The notes below the pieces were generated by a model that saw only the letters and a list, made by a program, of their open reading frames with translations, did no database searches and was not told the DNA's origin. Of a DNA stretch of 64,000 bases, positions 9,509 to 19,394 are shown in pieces. The DNA is from Methanobacteriota archaeon (GTDB lineage: Archaea > Thermoplasmatota > Poseidoniia > Poseidoniales > Poseidoniaceae), in the NCBI GenBank assembly GCA_004195515.1, contig PSPR01000009.1, positions 13,170-77,169 on the forward strand, read 5' to 3'. A program made the translations under genes and the position numbers. Each line of letters opens with the position of its first letter. The first letter of the stretch is position 1.

Positions 9509-9862
9509 TCAACGGATATCTTCAATGAATTCGAAGTGGTATTGGTTTTCGGTACCATCATATTCCATATGGGAGAATACCACTTTAACATCTCTTTCTT
9601 CGAATGGATCGTGAATATATGGTTGACCTGAACGGAACATTTTTAAAATTTCTTTGTACTCATCGAGGGTCATTTCGCCCTTAACGGTATAAATTGCTGA
9701 TTCTGCACCTTCATCGACCAAGTCATCACCTTCACCGCCATGTAGAACGGTTCTGGTCATTCTCCTGGAAATTATTACGCTAATATCTGCGTTAGAAAGT
9801 CTTAGCCAATCAGCACTCGAAGTACCGCTCGCTGGTCGAATGAATAAATCTGTTCCTGCCAT
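9509..9862 (-). CDS. hypothetical soluble protein (117 aa), between the RPA genes and the Tad-like genes
   Basis: Intact ORF with no TM segment and a 13-nt gap to the TadB-like gene. No recognised motif. Confidence 0.45.
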   Translation of the reverse strand: MAGTDLFIRPASGTSSADWLRLSNADISVIISRRMTRTVLHGGEGDDLVDEGAESAIYTVKGEMTLDEYKEILKMFRSGQPYIHDPFEERDVKVVFSHMEYDGTENQYHFEFIEDIR

Positions 9863-9925
9863 AAGGTCTCACCTGTATGCTGAGGAGGAAACAACTCGGA
9901 CTTGAACCTATTGGGACAAATCTTC

Positions 9926-10867
9926 TCAAACAGTTCGCTTGAACCAGCCGAATCTGGGCTCGTGAACCGAACCTTGGTCCGACAACTCATCGAGTGCTGC
10001 TTCAGCCGCTTCGCGATCGTGACCTCGTGCAGCTGCATTTGATAGCAGTGCATCGAAATCAACTCCGTCTCCTTGGTCTAATCTATCGATTAATCCCATC
10101 AATACCTCTTTCAAATCAACCGTATTTGTTGAGGATTCAACATTTGAAATAATCGAGGTTTGTTGATTAGATTCAGTTGGAGGTTTCGGTGACGGAGTTC
10201 TTCCTTCTGCGATATCAAGAACCTGCATTATATTCAGTCTGAAGGTTTCTAAATCGATCTCTCCGTAATGGGTATTTGCCAATAATAGCCCCTGAATCAA
10301 ATGTTCAGGAATACCACCTTCTCGCATTGCTTCAGGTGTTTTCTCGAGGGATGTTGATTTTTGTTGGAAATCGATTCGATTCAATAATCCATCGGCTGAG
10401 GCTACCAGCCAATCCCTATAGACCGAAGGGCTAATCTCCGCTGCCTCTTCGGGACGAAGGCTGGTATAAATCGATCCTTCCTCGGTTTGAAAAAATTTCG
10501 CTTTGGCCACCATCATCAACATCAGAGTTTCACCTTCTTCGACTTTACGAGCCCATTGCACTACTAATTCACGCATGGTTTCCGATGCGTAATCACCAAC
10601 AGAAAAATAATGTAAGCCCGAAGGATCTCGAAGTTGACCTTGCCAAAGTGTTGAACCGCTTGAGGTTTCACGAGGCTCCAATCTTTCGATCAAGCCAGCT
10701 ACTACCAATCGATTCACTTTGGCACCGAGTTTTGTGATTACGAATAATGGATCAAATTCCCCTGAACCTTGTTCGCTCAAACTAGAATCGCCGAATTCAG
10801 AGGCTAACATATGCCATGCTGGTTGGCGCCGTGCTCTTGGTGCTGATTGCATTATTCCACCCCCCAC
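9926..10867 (-). CDS. RPA32-like / RPA-associated OB-fold protein with C-terminal winged helix
   Basis: OB-fold segment FVITKLGAKVNRLVVAGLIERLEPRET...STLWQGQLRDPSGLHYFSVGDY. C-terminal wH-like segment LKEVLMGLIDRLDQGDGVDFDALLSN...ALDELSDQGSVHE. Overlaps the stop of the upstream RPA1 gene. Confidence 0.6.
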   Translation of the reverse strand: MGGGIMQSAPRARRQPAWHMLASEFGDSSLSEQGSGEFDPLFVITKLGAKVNRLVVAGLIERLEPRETSSGSTLWQGQLRDPSGLHYFSVGDYASETMRELVVQWARKVEEGETLMLMMVAKAKFFQTEEGSIYTSLRPEEAAEISPSVYRDWLVASADGLLNRIDFQQKSTSLEKTPEAMREGGIPEHLIQGLLLANTHYGEIDLETFRLNIMQVLDIAEGRTPSPKPPTESNQQTSIISNVESSTNTVDLKEVLMGLIDRLDQGDGVDFDALLSNAAARGHDREAAEAALDELSDQGSVHEPRFGWFKRTV

Positions 10868-12558
10868 TTGGCTCTCAATTCGGTAGCGACCAAAGCCGAA
10901 TCCGATTCGATCATGCTGACATCATCAGCTAGAAGCATTGCACCGTTATCGTCGACAAGACTGCGACCGACGGCAGAACATTGTCGGCCTAGGAATTGTT
11001 CTCGGATAGATTGTACGAATTCAACCTGTCCTTTTTCAGAGATTGTTGATTCGATTTGTTGTTCATTCAGCCCTAACAATTGTTCCGTCGATGCTTTATT
11101 GACGAATAATGAAACTGTAGAACGGCCATCATCGAGGACAAAGCGCATACGAACATCGGTATTTCCATCTTGTTCACCATGATTGAAACATGCACCATCT
11201 CGCAGGACTCTACGACATTCTGGACATCGCTTGATGATGCCGGAATCTTCACGAACCGAAACGATTGTACCACTAGTTTGAATTCCGACTCGACTCGGTC
11301 CTGAAACCAAATCGCTCAAATCAACCTCTACGATATTATTGGCTAAATCAATTTCATCGCCCCAAGGAGATCCAGCCATTACTTCGATTTGTGAAGCATC
11401 GTCGATTGTAATATCCGGCACACCTTGCCAAGCCCTTACCCTAGCGGATCGGACTCGAACCGTTACCGGTAATGCATTGATATCAAATGGCGGTTCGCTC
11501 CAAATACTGGAGCGGCAACGGCCAGTAGGATCTGCTACATCGCCCGACCAAACGCTCTTTTCCTCACCATCTTTGCCAGTAAATGTTCGCTTGATCATCT
11601 TCTGAAATTCGATTACGATGTCAACATCTCTTGCTCCATCACGCAGGTCTTCGACCTTGCACATGCTGGTAGCGACCAAATCATCTGCCGATGCAAAATT
11701 AGAATCGTGGAATACCTCGATTTTTGTTCCGGAACCAAAATTGAGTTCTGGTGTATCTCGAAAACATCGGACTTGGGAATTCTCAATTTTGAGCAACGAG
11801 CCGATTTCATGATTGAATGGCTCCCATGAAAGAAAGCCGATCGCACCTGTATCATCGGCGAGTCGACCTCTTACCACATCGATAGACCCTGTACCATCCT
11901 TGCGGTGAATCTTATCTTCCCGGCTGGTCAATAAACGACCGACGATGGTAACAGTCCCTTCGTTCTTGATCGAACCGATGTCGACTGGCTCACCTGGCGT
12001 GCTCACGCTTCTTGTACCTTCACGCAAGATGATGACGGCACTAGATTGGTTGATATTGAGGCTCATCTTACCTTGATATTCATTGACTGAAACACCTTCT
12101 AAGCGAACGATTGCCCCAGGGGTCAAGTTAGGACTATTGCCCCAATCTTTGAATTGCCAGCGATCACTTTCGCCACCCTCTGCCCATGGCATGTCTTCTA
12201 GCAGGCCATATGGAACGGTTTTCTCATCGCCTCGAACCATTGTTGTTCGAGCATTATGGGTGATGATTTCAACCTCGATTTCGACATTTTTGTCATCGGC
12301 TGATAATTCGCTCAACCTCTCTACCTTTTTCACGGGTATAGATTGGCGTTGAATCGAGGATGAGGATTGACTTGTAGAACCTCCACTCGAAGGTGCAGAA
12401 TCGCCCTGGAATCTTCTCAAGACCGCTCTAATAGCATCAGCAGGTGGGATCAAGAAGTCCTTTTCGTAGCGGATGAATGCATCAACAATTTTGTCGGGGT
12501 CTGCATCTGGTACTTGTTTCAGAACTTCTTGTACCTGAATATCGTATTCTGTGCTCAT
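10852..12558 (-). CDS. replication protein A large subunit (RPA1-like) with multiple OB folds and a zinc ribbon
   Basis: Repeated OB-fold segments and a C4 zinc ribbon (CPECRRVLRDGACFNHG) embedded in the last OB domain. This is the typical euryarchaeal RPA layout. Confidence 0.75.
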   Translation of the reverse strand: MSTEYDIQVQEVLKQVPDADPDKIVDAFIRYEKDFLIPPADAIRAVLRRFQGDSAPSSGGSTSQSSSSIQRQSIPVKKVERLSELSADDKNVEIEVEIITHNARTTMVRGDEKTVPYGLLEDMPWAEGGESDRWQFKDWGNSPNLTPGAIVRLEGVSVNEYQGKMSLNINQSSAVIILREGTRSVSTPGEPVDIGSIKNEGTVTIVGRLLTSREDKIHRKDGTGSIDVVRGRLADDTGAIGFLSWEPFNHEIGSLLKIENSQVRCFRDTPELNFGSGTKIEVFHDSNFASADDLVATSMCKVEDLRDGARDVDIVIEFQKMIKRTFTGKDGEEKSVWSGDVADPTGRCRSSIWSEPPFDINALPVTVRVRSARVRAWQGVPDITIDDASQIEVMAGSPWGDEIDLANNIVEVDLSDLVSGPSRVGIQTSGTIVSVREDSGIIKRCPECRRVLRDGACFNHGEQDGNTDVRMRFVLDDGRSTVSLFVNKASTEQLLGLNEQQIESTISEKGQVEFVQSIREQFLGRQCSAVGRSLVDDNGAMLLADDVSMIESDSALVATELRAKWGVE

Positions 12559-12739
12559 TCATCCCACCTCGACAGGTATGATTGTTTGATCTGCCCGTCG
12601 AACGACGGGTGTTGGGGCTCTCGTGCTGGTTGGTTGGTTCTGGACACTCCCTTTCACCTCGGTGGAACCCGTTGTCGGATACGACGGTTCATGAAGACAT
12701 CGGCGGCCTCAGCACGAAAAGTGAAAGTAAAGTCAGTCT

Positions 12740-14134
12740 TTACGCAGGATTGATTCTAAGTCCATCCATGAATAAAATATCAGGTATGTGAAGTGACCCA
12801 GTCGTCGAATCAGAACGATCACCTAGGATAACGCGCCCGGTAAATGCCTTCGCCAAGTTTCCAGAAAAACCAGCTTGGGATAATGCTCCGATAACCTCGC
12901 CGTTTTCGACTTTGAGAATAGCCGATGTTGTAACAGAGAAATCACCACTGGTTGGATTTGCCGTATGTGCACCCATCACGCTATGAACGATGTAGCCCGA
13001 ATCCATCTCTTCGATCAAACGTTCTCGACTCATCGTAGTTTTGGAAGATGACAAAATAAGGTCACTAGTGCTACATCCAGGTGGCGAGGTATGACCACCA
13101 CGAGAGGCTGATCCTGTCGACATTGCTTGATCGATTCTGCCTTCAGAAACCTCCTTTGCAGCCGATCTAGTCGACCATAATTGACCTTTTAATTTGCCAT
13201 TTTCCACCAATGTTTGCCGCCTGGTTGGGATGCCTTCATCGTCTCTGGACCCTGATGCGAGACCACCTTCCATTCGACCATCGTCGACCAAATTGAGATG
13301 ATCCGCCATAACCGATTGCCCCATCATACCTGACCAAAACGATTCACCACGAACCAATCTTTCGCCTGTTACCGCGGCTGGTACGACGACAGAGAAGAGT
13401 GGGGTAACGCCGTTATTTGTCATCAAAACCGGGCAGTCCTCTGTATCTCCCCCTGAGATTTGTTCACGGGTTACCTGAGCCCAGTGAACCGCTTTTTCGA
13501 CCGAGGAGTCCAAGTTTTTCAATTCAAATCTTGAGGTGTCACCTTCGTAAGAAGATGTCATCAATCCATCCTCATCTATCGAGAGCTGAACCCCAACCCC
13601 ATGGCTGGTTCTCGAACCCCCTGCCTCGATGCCTGAGCTGGTGATAATAGCACCTACACCGGCGCTAATTCCAATGCCTCCTCCGATGATAGATGCTCTT
13701 GAATCTAATTCAGTTGCTTTTGCAAGTAACTGGTCACCTTGTTCTAATAACATCTCTGAATCAATGTTGAGCAATTCTTTATCAAACATTCCTTCGACCT
13801 TAACGGCATCTTGATTTGCGGGCAGGTTAAACCCTTTGATCGAAGGTGATTTCCTTGCGATAGACAGCGCTTGAGCAACCGCTTTCTCGGAATTACCAAT
13901 ATCTACTAAATGGGCATAGCCATAACGGCCATTCTCAACCACTCTGATTCCAAATCCGCCGTCTCCTCCGCCAGATGCCATCGCTATTTTTCCGGCTTCA
14001 AAATCTAAAGAATGACCATATCCTTGGGTTGCATATACTTCCCATTGAGTGACATTTGCTTTTTCACAAACTTGGCCAATCTTATTTGCCGAATTCATCA
14101 AACGTTCTAATGCATCATCTGGAATCATGATCAT
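12740..14134 (-). CDS. PmbA/TldE-family metalloprotease component
   Basis: PmbA_TldD family glycine-rich segments (GGGIGISAGVGAI, GGGDGGFGIRVV). Overlaps tldD by 4 nt. Confidence 0.8.
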   Translation of the reverse strand: MIMIPDDALERLMNSANKIGQVCEKANVTQWEVYATQGYGHSLDFEAGKIAMASGGGDGGFGIRVVENGRYGYAHLVDIGNSEKAVAQALSIARKSPSIKGFNLPANQDAVKVEGMFDKELLNIDSEMLLEQGDQLLAKATELDSRASIIGGGIGISAGVGAIITSSGIEAGGSRTSHGVGVQLSIDEDGLMTSSYEGDTSRFELKNLDSSVEKAVHWAQVTREQISGGDTEDCPVLMTNNGVTPLFSVVVPAAVTGERLVRGESFWSGMMGQSVMADHLNLVDDGRMEGGLASGSRDDEGIPTRRQTLVENGKLKGQLWSTRSAAKEVSEGRIDQAMSTGSASRGGHTSPPGCSTSDLILSSSKTTMSRERLIEEMDSGYIVHSVMGAHTANPTSGDFSVTTSAILKVENGEVIGALSQAGFSGNLAKAFTGRVILGDRSDSTTGSLHIPDILFMDGLRINPA

Positions 14135-15612
14135 CCCACCAATGCTTCACTAATTCTCATCAGAGGACCACCGTCTCCAACCGGCACGGTTTGTCCTTTT
14201 CCACAGAATCCTGGTGCAGCCAATTTTGAGTCTTTGGTTAAACCGTCTACATTTTTAAGAATCTCCAAAGTCATGCCGCTAATACTCACATCCTTGACTG
14301 GACGAGTCAGCGAACCATGTTCGATCATCCAAGCTTCTTGAGCTGCAAATTGGAATGACCCACGGCCGGTGTCAACTTGGCCACCACGGCTACCGCAAGC
14401 ATAAATTCCGAATTCGACGTCTTCGATCAACTCATCCAAATCACGAAACGAACCACCCATGATGACGGTGTTTGACATTCTCACCAGCGGATGATGTAAA
14501 CCATCTTGGGCCCGAGCACCCCCGTTTGGTTCGATTCCGAAACGGTGAGCGGTTTCTCTATGATTCAAATATTCGGTAAGCACACCGTTTACGATCAGGC
14601 GTTTTGGTCTTGTATCCACGCCTTCATCATCTATTGGATAGCAGCCATAACCACCTCTCATCTGTGGGTCATCGACTACCGTGCAAATATCTGAACCTAT
14701 TTTTTGACCAAGTTTACCTTCTAGGCAAGAATCTCCTGCTTGAACTAAATCAGCCTCGCAAGGATGACCTAATGCCTCGTGGATGTAGACTCCGGTCAAA
14801 TCCCTATCCGATACTAAAGTCATCTTCCCTGATGGTGCTCGTTCTGCTCCAAGCAGGCGTAGAACCGAGGTTCGGGCGTCTCGACCCATCTGGCCGAGGT
14901 CTGCGGATTCGATTTGCTCCAATCCTCCTTCGCCTCCATGGCGGAAGCGATATGAAACTACTTCTGAGTCTTCTCGGGCAGTTACCATTCCATTGATCAA
15001 ACTACGCTGAAAAGACCAAGTTCGGTCCATTCCTTCAGTCGATAATAACTCGGTGTGAATGTGTTCATCGGACCAGCCGGTCGATGTCGAGATGACTTTT
15101 TCATGATCTCTTGCTTCAATATCGATTGCTGTCATCATTTCGATTCGGGTTTCCAAATCGGTATTACGAACGTCTTTTTGGCTTTTCCAATGAATTTCAT
15201 CCTGAATAATGGGAACCTCTGCTAACTCGACTGGCAAATCTTTGGAAGAACGTCTTGCGCCAACCGCTTTTGCCAATTTAAGCGTCGACTCAATTTGAGC
15301 GCTCAGAGAGTTGATGTCGCTTGTAGAATGCACGCCCCAAGCACCATCAGCCAAAATTCTCAGGGTGACCCCAACCTGTTGACCTGGAATCGCTCGCTCA
15401 AGTTTTCCATCCTTTAATGATGCAGAATTTGTGATCTCACTAACCAGTCTCACATCTGCATATTCAGCACCAAGAGAAGTTGCTAAGTCTAAAGCAGTGG
15501 AAATTTTGTTGTGGTCGAGTAACCTGCCACAATCCCTGAGGGTATCATCTAGCCTAGTAACATCTACTACCATGAACGGACGCTGACCGAGGTGGGTATT
15601 CAACCTACCCAA
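14131..15612 (-). CDS. TldD-family metalloprotease
   Basis: HExxxH-type motif HEALGHPCEAD and TldD-like length. Immediately upstream of the PmbA-like gene. Confidence 0.85.
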   Translation of the reverse strand: MGRLNTHLGQRPFMVVDVTRLDDTLRDCGRLLDHNKISTALDLATSLGAEYADVRLVSEITNSASLKDGKLERAIPGQQVGVTLRILADGAWGVHSTSDINSLSAQIESTLKLAKAVGARRSSKDLPVELAEVPIIQDEIHWKSQKDVRNTDLETRIEMMTAIDIEARDHEKVISTSTGWSDEHIHTELLSTEGMDRTWSFQRSLINGMVTAREDSEVVSYRFRHGGEGGLEQIESADLGQMGRDARTSVLRLLGAERAPSGKMTLVSDRDLTGVYIHEALGHPCEADLVQAGDSCLEGKLGQKIGSDICTVVDDPQMRGGYGCYPIDDEGVDTRPKRLIVNGVLTEYLNHRETAHRFGIEPNGGARAQDGLHHPLVRMSNTVIMGGSFRDLDELIEDVEFGIYACGSRGGQVDTGRGSFQFAAQEAWMIEHGSLTRPVKDVSISGMTLEILKNVDGLTKDSKLAAPGFCGKGQTVPVGDGGPLMRISEALVG

Positions 15613-15615
15613 AGA

Positions 15616-16164
15616 TTACCTAATATCGGCAAGATGAATCAATCCGATCGCATCGTTTTCATCCGCGGTTTCTGGCAAGCCCAATCTCGAAGGTTCGAAT
15701 AAAATTGAAGAGGGTTTTGAAGGCAGTAGTTGGAATTTCATCATATTGCAAATTTTTTGGGCCTCGGCACTGCTTTCTTGGGTTAAATCGACAAGCCACG
15801 CTTGTGAATCTCCAGTGGTTAAGCCGACCTTTGAGAAGGCATGGCTAACATGATGAGTACCTGCAACCAAGCGCATGAATTCACCATCGATTCCGGTCGA
15901 TTTCATCATATTTCGATCTCGGTTTCGATTTAATACTTCAAAAGCAACCGCAACATGGAATTTACCAGCTAAAACATCGCCAGAAAGTAGCACCCAAGAT
16001 TCATTGGGCCGACGGCTGAGCCAATTTGCGACAAAATCCCTCTCATTTTTGATTGGGTTTGAGAATTTTACTCGCCAACATGAGAATTCCTTCGTCGGCA
16101 TCGATTTGGTCCAACAGACCCGACTTATTGAATCAAACCCGCTCACTTGGTAATGGTTCATCAT
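15616..16164 (-). CDS. hypothetical protein (182 aa) encoded between Hel308 and TldD
   Basis: Intact ORF that overlaps the Hel308 3' end by 32 nt. No recognised motif; a possible DUF99/RNase-H-like fold is speculation only. Confidence 0.45.
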   Translation of the reverse strand: MMNHYQVSGFDSISRVCWTKSMPTKEFSCWRVKFSNPIKNERDFVANWLSRRPNESWVLLSGDVLAGKFHVAVAFEVLNRNRDRNMMKSTGIDGEFMRLVAGTHHVSHAFSKVGLTTGDSQAWLVDLTQESSAEAQKICNMMKFQLLPSKPSSILFEPSRLGLPETADENDAIGLIHLADIR

Positions 16165-18646
16165 CAGACCGGGGCTTTTTTGTCACCGATTTACGGGTTA
16201 ACTTGTTGACTTCATCGAGGATGCGTTCAACCAGTAGTGGACCCCAACCTCGCCTCGATTTTAACGACTCCAATTCCTTATGGCTGAGTGCCAATAAATC
16301 CGCAGGCGTACGAACACCGATCTTTGAGAGGGTTCTGGCTCTGGTTCGGCCAATATTTTTGACCTGAATCAATTGCAGTAGATCTTCTTTGCAACCGGCT
16401 CTAACCCTTCTAGCAACCAAATCTATGAAACCAGCTAAATCGGCAACATAACCTAGATGTTCATCGGCGAATACATCGTCCCTCAACAAGACTTCACGAG
16501 CGGCAACCAATAGCCATCCCATCAAATTAACACGGGTGTGAACATCACCTGGACTCACTCCAATGGTCTTCTCTATAGAACGAAGGTCACTTTCTTCGTA
16601 CCACTCTTCAATACACCATGCGCTCTTGACCAATCCCAAGGCTCGTTCTTCCAAAGGGGATTCTACCAAGAGGTCATCTTCGTGAATGGCAGCTTTTTTA
16701 TTGAGATCACTACCAAATACTAATTCGGATGCTTTAGCGTAAAATGGTAAAAAATCTGGAGTTGCAGTAATCAGGTGGCAAATCCCAAATTCAGTAACTG
16801 GTAAATCCCTCCTAACCAGCCTCCTTACCGCTCGCCTCAAGCCTGAAATCATAACATCAGCCGAAAGCGGGTCGATCATCAATTGGGCAATTCTCTCACC
16901 CATGGCTGTGGCTTCATATCGGTTTTCGACAGATTCACCGAGCAGGGTTTGTGTTTCGGTAGGTGCTATATTTGATGCTCGTTGAAATCCGAAGGTTGCC
17001 TCCCTCGGTTCTAACCTCGATTTTCTAGTTCCGCCCAAGGATACACCGCTTGCACTTAGAGCAGAATCGAGCCAAGCGGGGGTCTCATCATCCCATGATT
17101 CGGTCATTGAATGCTGTTCAGTACGTCGAATAAATCGCTTTGAAACCAACCAACTTAACATTTTGTCAATCGTTTCTTGTAAGTAACCTTGGGGCTGAGT
17201 ATGGCCGAGATAAGTACTAGCGAAAAAAGCACCGATATCACCTCTTTGGAGCAAGCCACCGGTTGCAATCCCCGCCAATAGGTGGAACCTCATCGCTGGT
17301 TCTGATGCTAATTTTGAACTGATATCCTCGACCGGACCATGGATGTAACGGTCGGCGATCTCATCGGCTAATTCACGGGGGTCGCCACCTTTGCACGCTA
17401 ACCAAGCCTCTCCTTTTGGGTCGTATCGGGGCCGACCCGCCCTACCCATCATCTGCCTGACCTCCATCACCGAAAGATAGCGACTCATGCCATCGGAATA
17501 TCTTTTGAGATCTCTGACCAAGACCCTGCGAGCTGGTAAATTCACCCCTGCAGCCAATGTCGGAGTCGCGCATAAGCAATGGAGTAATCTCTGTTTGAAT
17601 GCGTCCTCGATCAGTGACCTTTGTTGAGGTCTGAGACCAGCATGGTGGAAAGCAACACCCCCTTTTACAGCATCAGCTAGGTTATCACCCATAGTTGAGT
17701 TCGAATTCCCTTTAAGTTTATCAGATAATTCTTTCAGTTTTAATAGAGAACCTGGGTTGGATTTTTGTAATAATTTTTGCATTCTTTGCCCGAGTTTTTT
17801 GGCTTCAGATTCGGCTGACCTTCGAATGCTAACAAATACCAATAATTGCCCTTCTTGTTCGTGGACATCCTTGAGTGCAGCCCAAGCAACGTGGCTCTTT
17901 GGACCATCTAATCTACGCGGCGGATTTAGTTTGGAGGTTAGTTCGGTTTCGTTTTGTTGAATCGCTCTTGGTTCTAAGTCGAGTTCGGCCAATGTCGATG
18001 ACTCCAAACTTACCGGCCTCCAATCCGATACGATCAATTCTGAATCGAGCCAATCAGCCAAGTCATCACTATTTCCGACAGTAGCTGATAAGGTGATGAT
18101 TTGAGCACCTGGTCGGAGATTTCTAATCCTTGTCAGGTTTATCTCCATCGTTGGACCGCGATGACTATCGTTCAACAGATGAAACTCATCGGCGACTACA
18201 ACGCTTGTCCGTCCGATTATCTCTGGTTTTGAACGCATCAATGAATCCAATTTTTCGCTGGTGCAAACCAAAATATCGCAGTCGTCTATTTTTTTTGCCT
18301 CACCAGGAGCATCGCCGATGCCCAAGCCAACCTTGAGTCCAAGAGCATCGCCTAACTCGACCAATTCTTGCTGTTTTTCACTCGCTAATGCTTTGAGTGG
18401 AACTATGTAAATCGCCCTTGAACCCTTATCGGTTTGCAATAAGGTCCTAGCGATTGCCAAATATGCAACCAAACTCTTGCCGCTGGCTGTAGGAATGCAG
18501 AGCATAGTATTCCGCCCAGCCAAAATCGCCGGCATCGCTTCCGCCTGCGGCGGGTGGAGCACATCGATTCCCCATTTGTCAGATACGAACCCCACCAAAT
18601 CGGGAGGCAGGTCCAACGCTGCTAAGTTGCGTTCATACCCACCCAT
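16133..18646 (-). CDS. Hel308/HelQ-type Ski2-like DNA helicase
   Basis: Walker A PTASGKS and a DEFH box. The C-terminal domain-5 helix-hairpin-helix (IQVKNIGRTRARTLSKIGVRTPADLLAL) is typical of archaeal Hel308. Confidence 0.85.
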   Translation of the reverse strand: MGGYERNLAALDLPPDLVGFVSDKWGIDVLHPPQAEAMPAILAGRNTMLCIPTASGKSLVAYLAIARTLLQTDKGSRAIYIVPLKALASEKQQELVELGDALGLKVGLGIGDAPGEAKKIDDCDILVCTSEKLDSLMRSKPEIIGRTSVVVADEFHLLNDSHRGPTMEINLTRIRNLRPGAQIITLSATVGNSDDLADWLDSELIVSDWRPVSLESSTLAELDLEPRAIQQNETELTSKLNPPRRLDGPKSHVAWAALKDVHEQEGQLLVFVSIRRSAESEAKKLGQRMQKLLQKSNPGSLLKLKELSDKLKGNSNSTMGDNLADAVKGGVAFHHAGLRPQQRSLIEDAFKQRLLHCLCATPTLAAGVNLPARRVLVRDLKRYSDGMSRYLSVMEVRQMMGRAGRPRYDPKGEAWLACKGGDPRELADEIADRYIHGPVEDISSKLASEPAMRFHLLAGIATGGLLQRGDIGAFFASTYLGHTQPQGYLQETIDKMLSWLVSKRFIRRTEQHSMTESWDDETPAWLDSALSASGVSLGGTRKSRLEPREATFGFQRASNIAPTETQTLLGESVENRYEATAMGERIAQLMIDPLSADVMISGLRRAVRRLVRRDLPVTEFGICHLITATPDFLPFYAKASELVFGSDLNKKAAIHEDDLLVESPLEERALGLVKSAWCIEEWYEESDLRSIEKTIGVSPGDVHTRVNLMGWLLVAAREVLLRDDVFADEHLGYVADLAGFIDLVARRVRAGCKEDLLQLIQVKNIGRTRARTLSKIGVRTPADLLALSHKELESLKSRRGWGPLLVERILDEVNKLTRKSVTKKPRSDDEPLPSERV

Positions 18647-18679
18647 GAGACCGAGTGGTGGTCAACAGTCCAAAAGGTA

Positions 18680-18710
18680 ACCCCTTGAGTAGGCGACATG
18701 CTCAAGGGGT
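18680..18710. promoter_or_regulatory. perfect 10-bp inverted repeat ACCCCTTGAG-N11-CTCAAGGGGT between the divergent starts of Hel308 and the TerB-like membrane protein
   Basis: Read directly from the sequence: 20 nt upstream of the + gene at 18732 and 34 nt upstream of the - gene start at 18646. Confidence 0.4.
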
Positions 18711-18731
18711 AGGCCTGCCTGTGCAGACAAC

Positions 18732-19388
18732 ATGAGCGAAGAGAACATGGTCGTGGAAGAGAGGCTCTCCATCTTTGATGATGAACCGGATTTGAACGAT
18801 TGGTTTGAAGTAATCTGCGGTTCAATTATGTCGATTATTGGTATATTTCAATTGGTCGCACCGGGTGATTTGGTCGACCCAGATGTAATGCGCTGGTTCG
18901 CGGCTTCGGTTGCAATCGCTGGATTGATGTGGGCTGCACACGGCTTGAAGGATATGGCTATCAAGGAGATTCGAAAATCGATCGTAATGCTTGAACTCGG
19001 TTCACGCCAAGGCAGTATCGACCACGGCTTGATTCGAGATGTGATTCTCAACCCTTCAGCATATACCGAATTCTTGGTCAAAGAATACGAAACCGCATTC
19101 GAGGACGGAGTTCTAACCGACAAAGAATTAGCAGAACTAAAAACTATCCAAACTGCGTTGGGCATTAGCGATGAAGAAGCAGCAACCCTAGCAGTTGCTG
19201 GAGCGATTCGCTCCGCCCTTGCTGATGGCAAAGTCACCGATGATGAATCGAAAATGATCGATGACGCAGCAAAGGCAGCAGGACTATCGAAGAAAAAGCG
19301 TTCATTGATAACCAAGGCCTTGGATTCTGGTGACGTGGACGAAGATGTAAAATCACTGCTCGAATCATTGGACGAATCCGATGAATGA
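18732..19388 (+). CDS. membrane protein with a TerB-like (tellurite-resistance / DjlA N-domain-like) C-terminal region
   Basis: Two N-terminal TM helices. The C-terminal repeats GVLTDKELAELKTIQTALGISDEEAA / GKVTDDESKMIDDAAKAAGLS resemble TerB-family helical repeats. Acidic tail. Confidence 0.45.
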   Translation: MSEENMVVEERLSIFDDEPDLNDWFEVICGSIMSIIGIFQLVAPGDLVDPDVMRWFAASVAIAGLMWAAHGLKDMAIKEIRKSIVMLELGSRQGSIDHGLIRDVILNPSAYTEFLVKEYETAFEDGVLTDKELAELKTIQTALGISDEEAATLAVAGAIRSALADGKVTDDESKMIDDAAKAAGLSKKKRSLITKALDSGDVDEDVKSLLESLDESDE

Positions 19389-19394
19389 GCAATA

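Noticed and set aside
12559-12739. Small GC hairpin CCCGTC-GAAC-GACGGG between pmbA and RPA1
   Set aside because: Too short and generic to call a terminator or operator with confidence.
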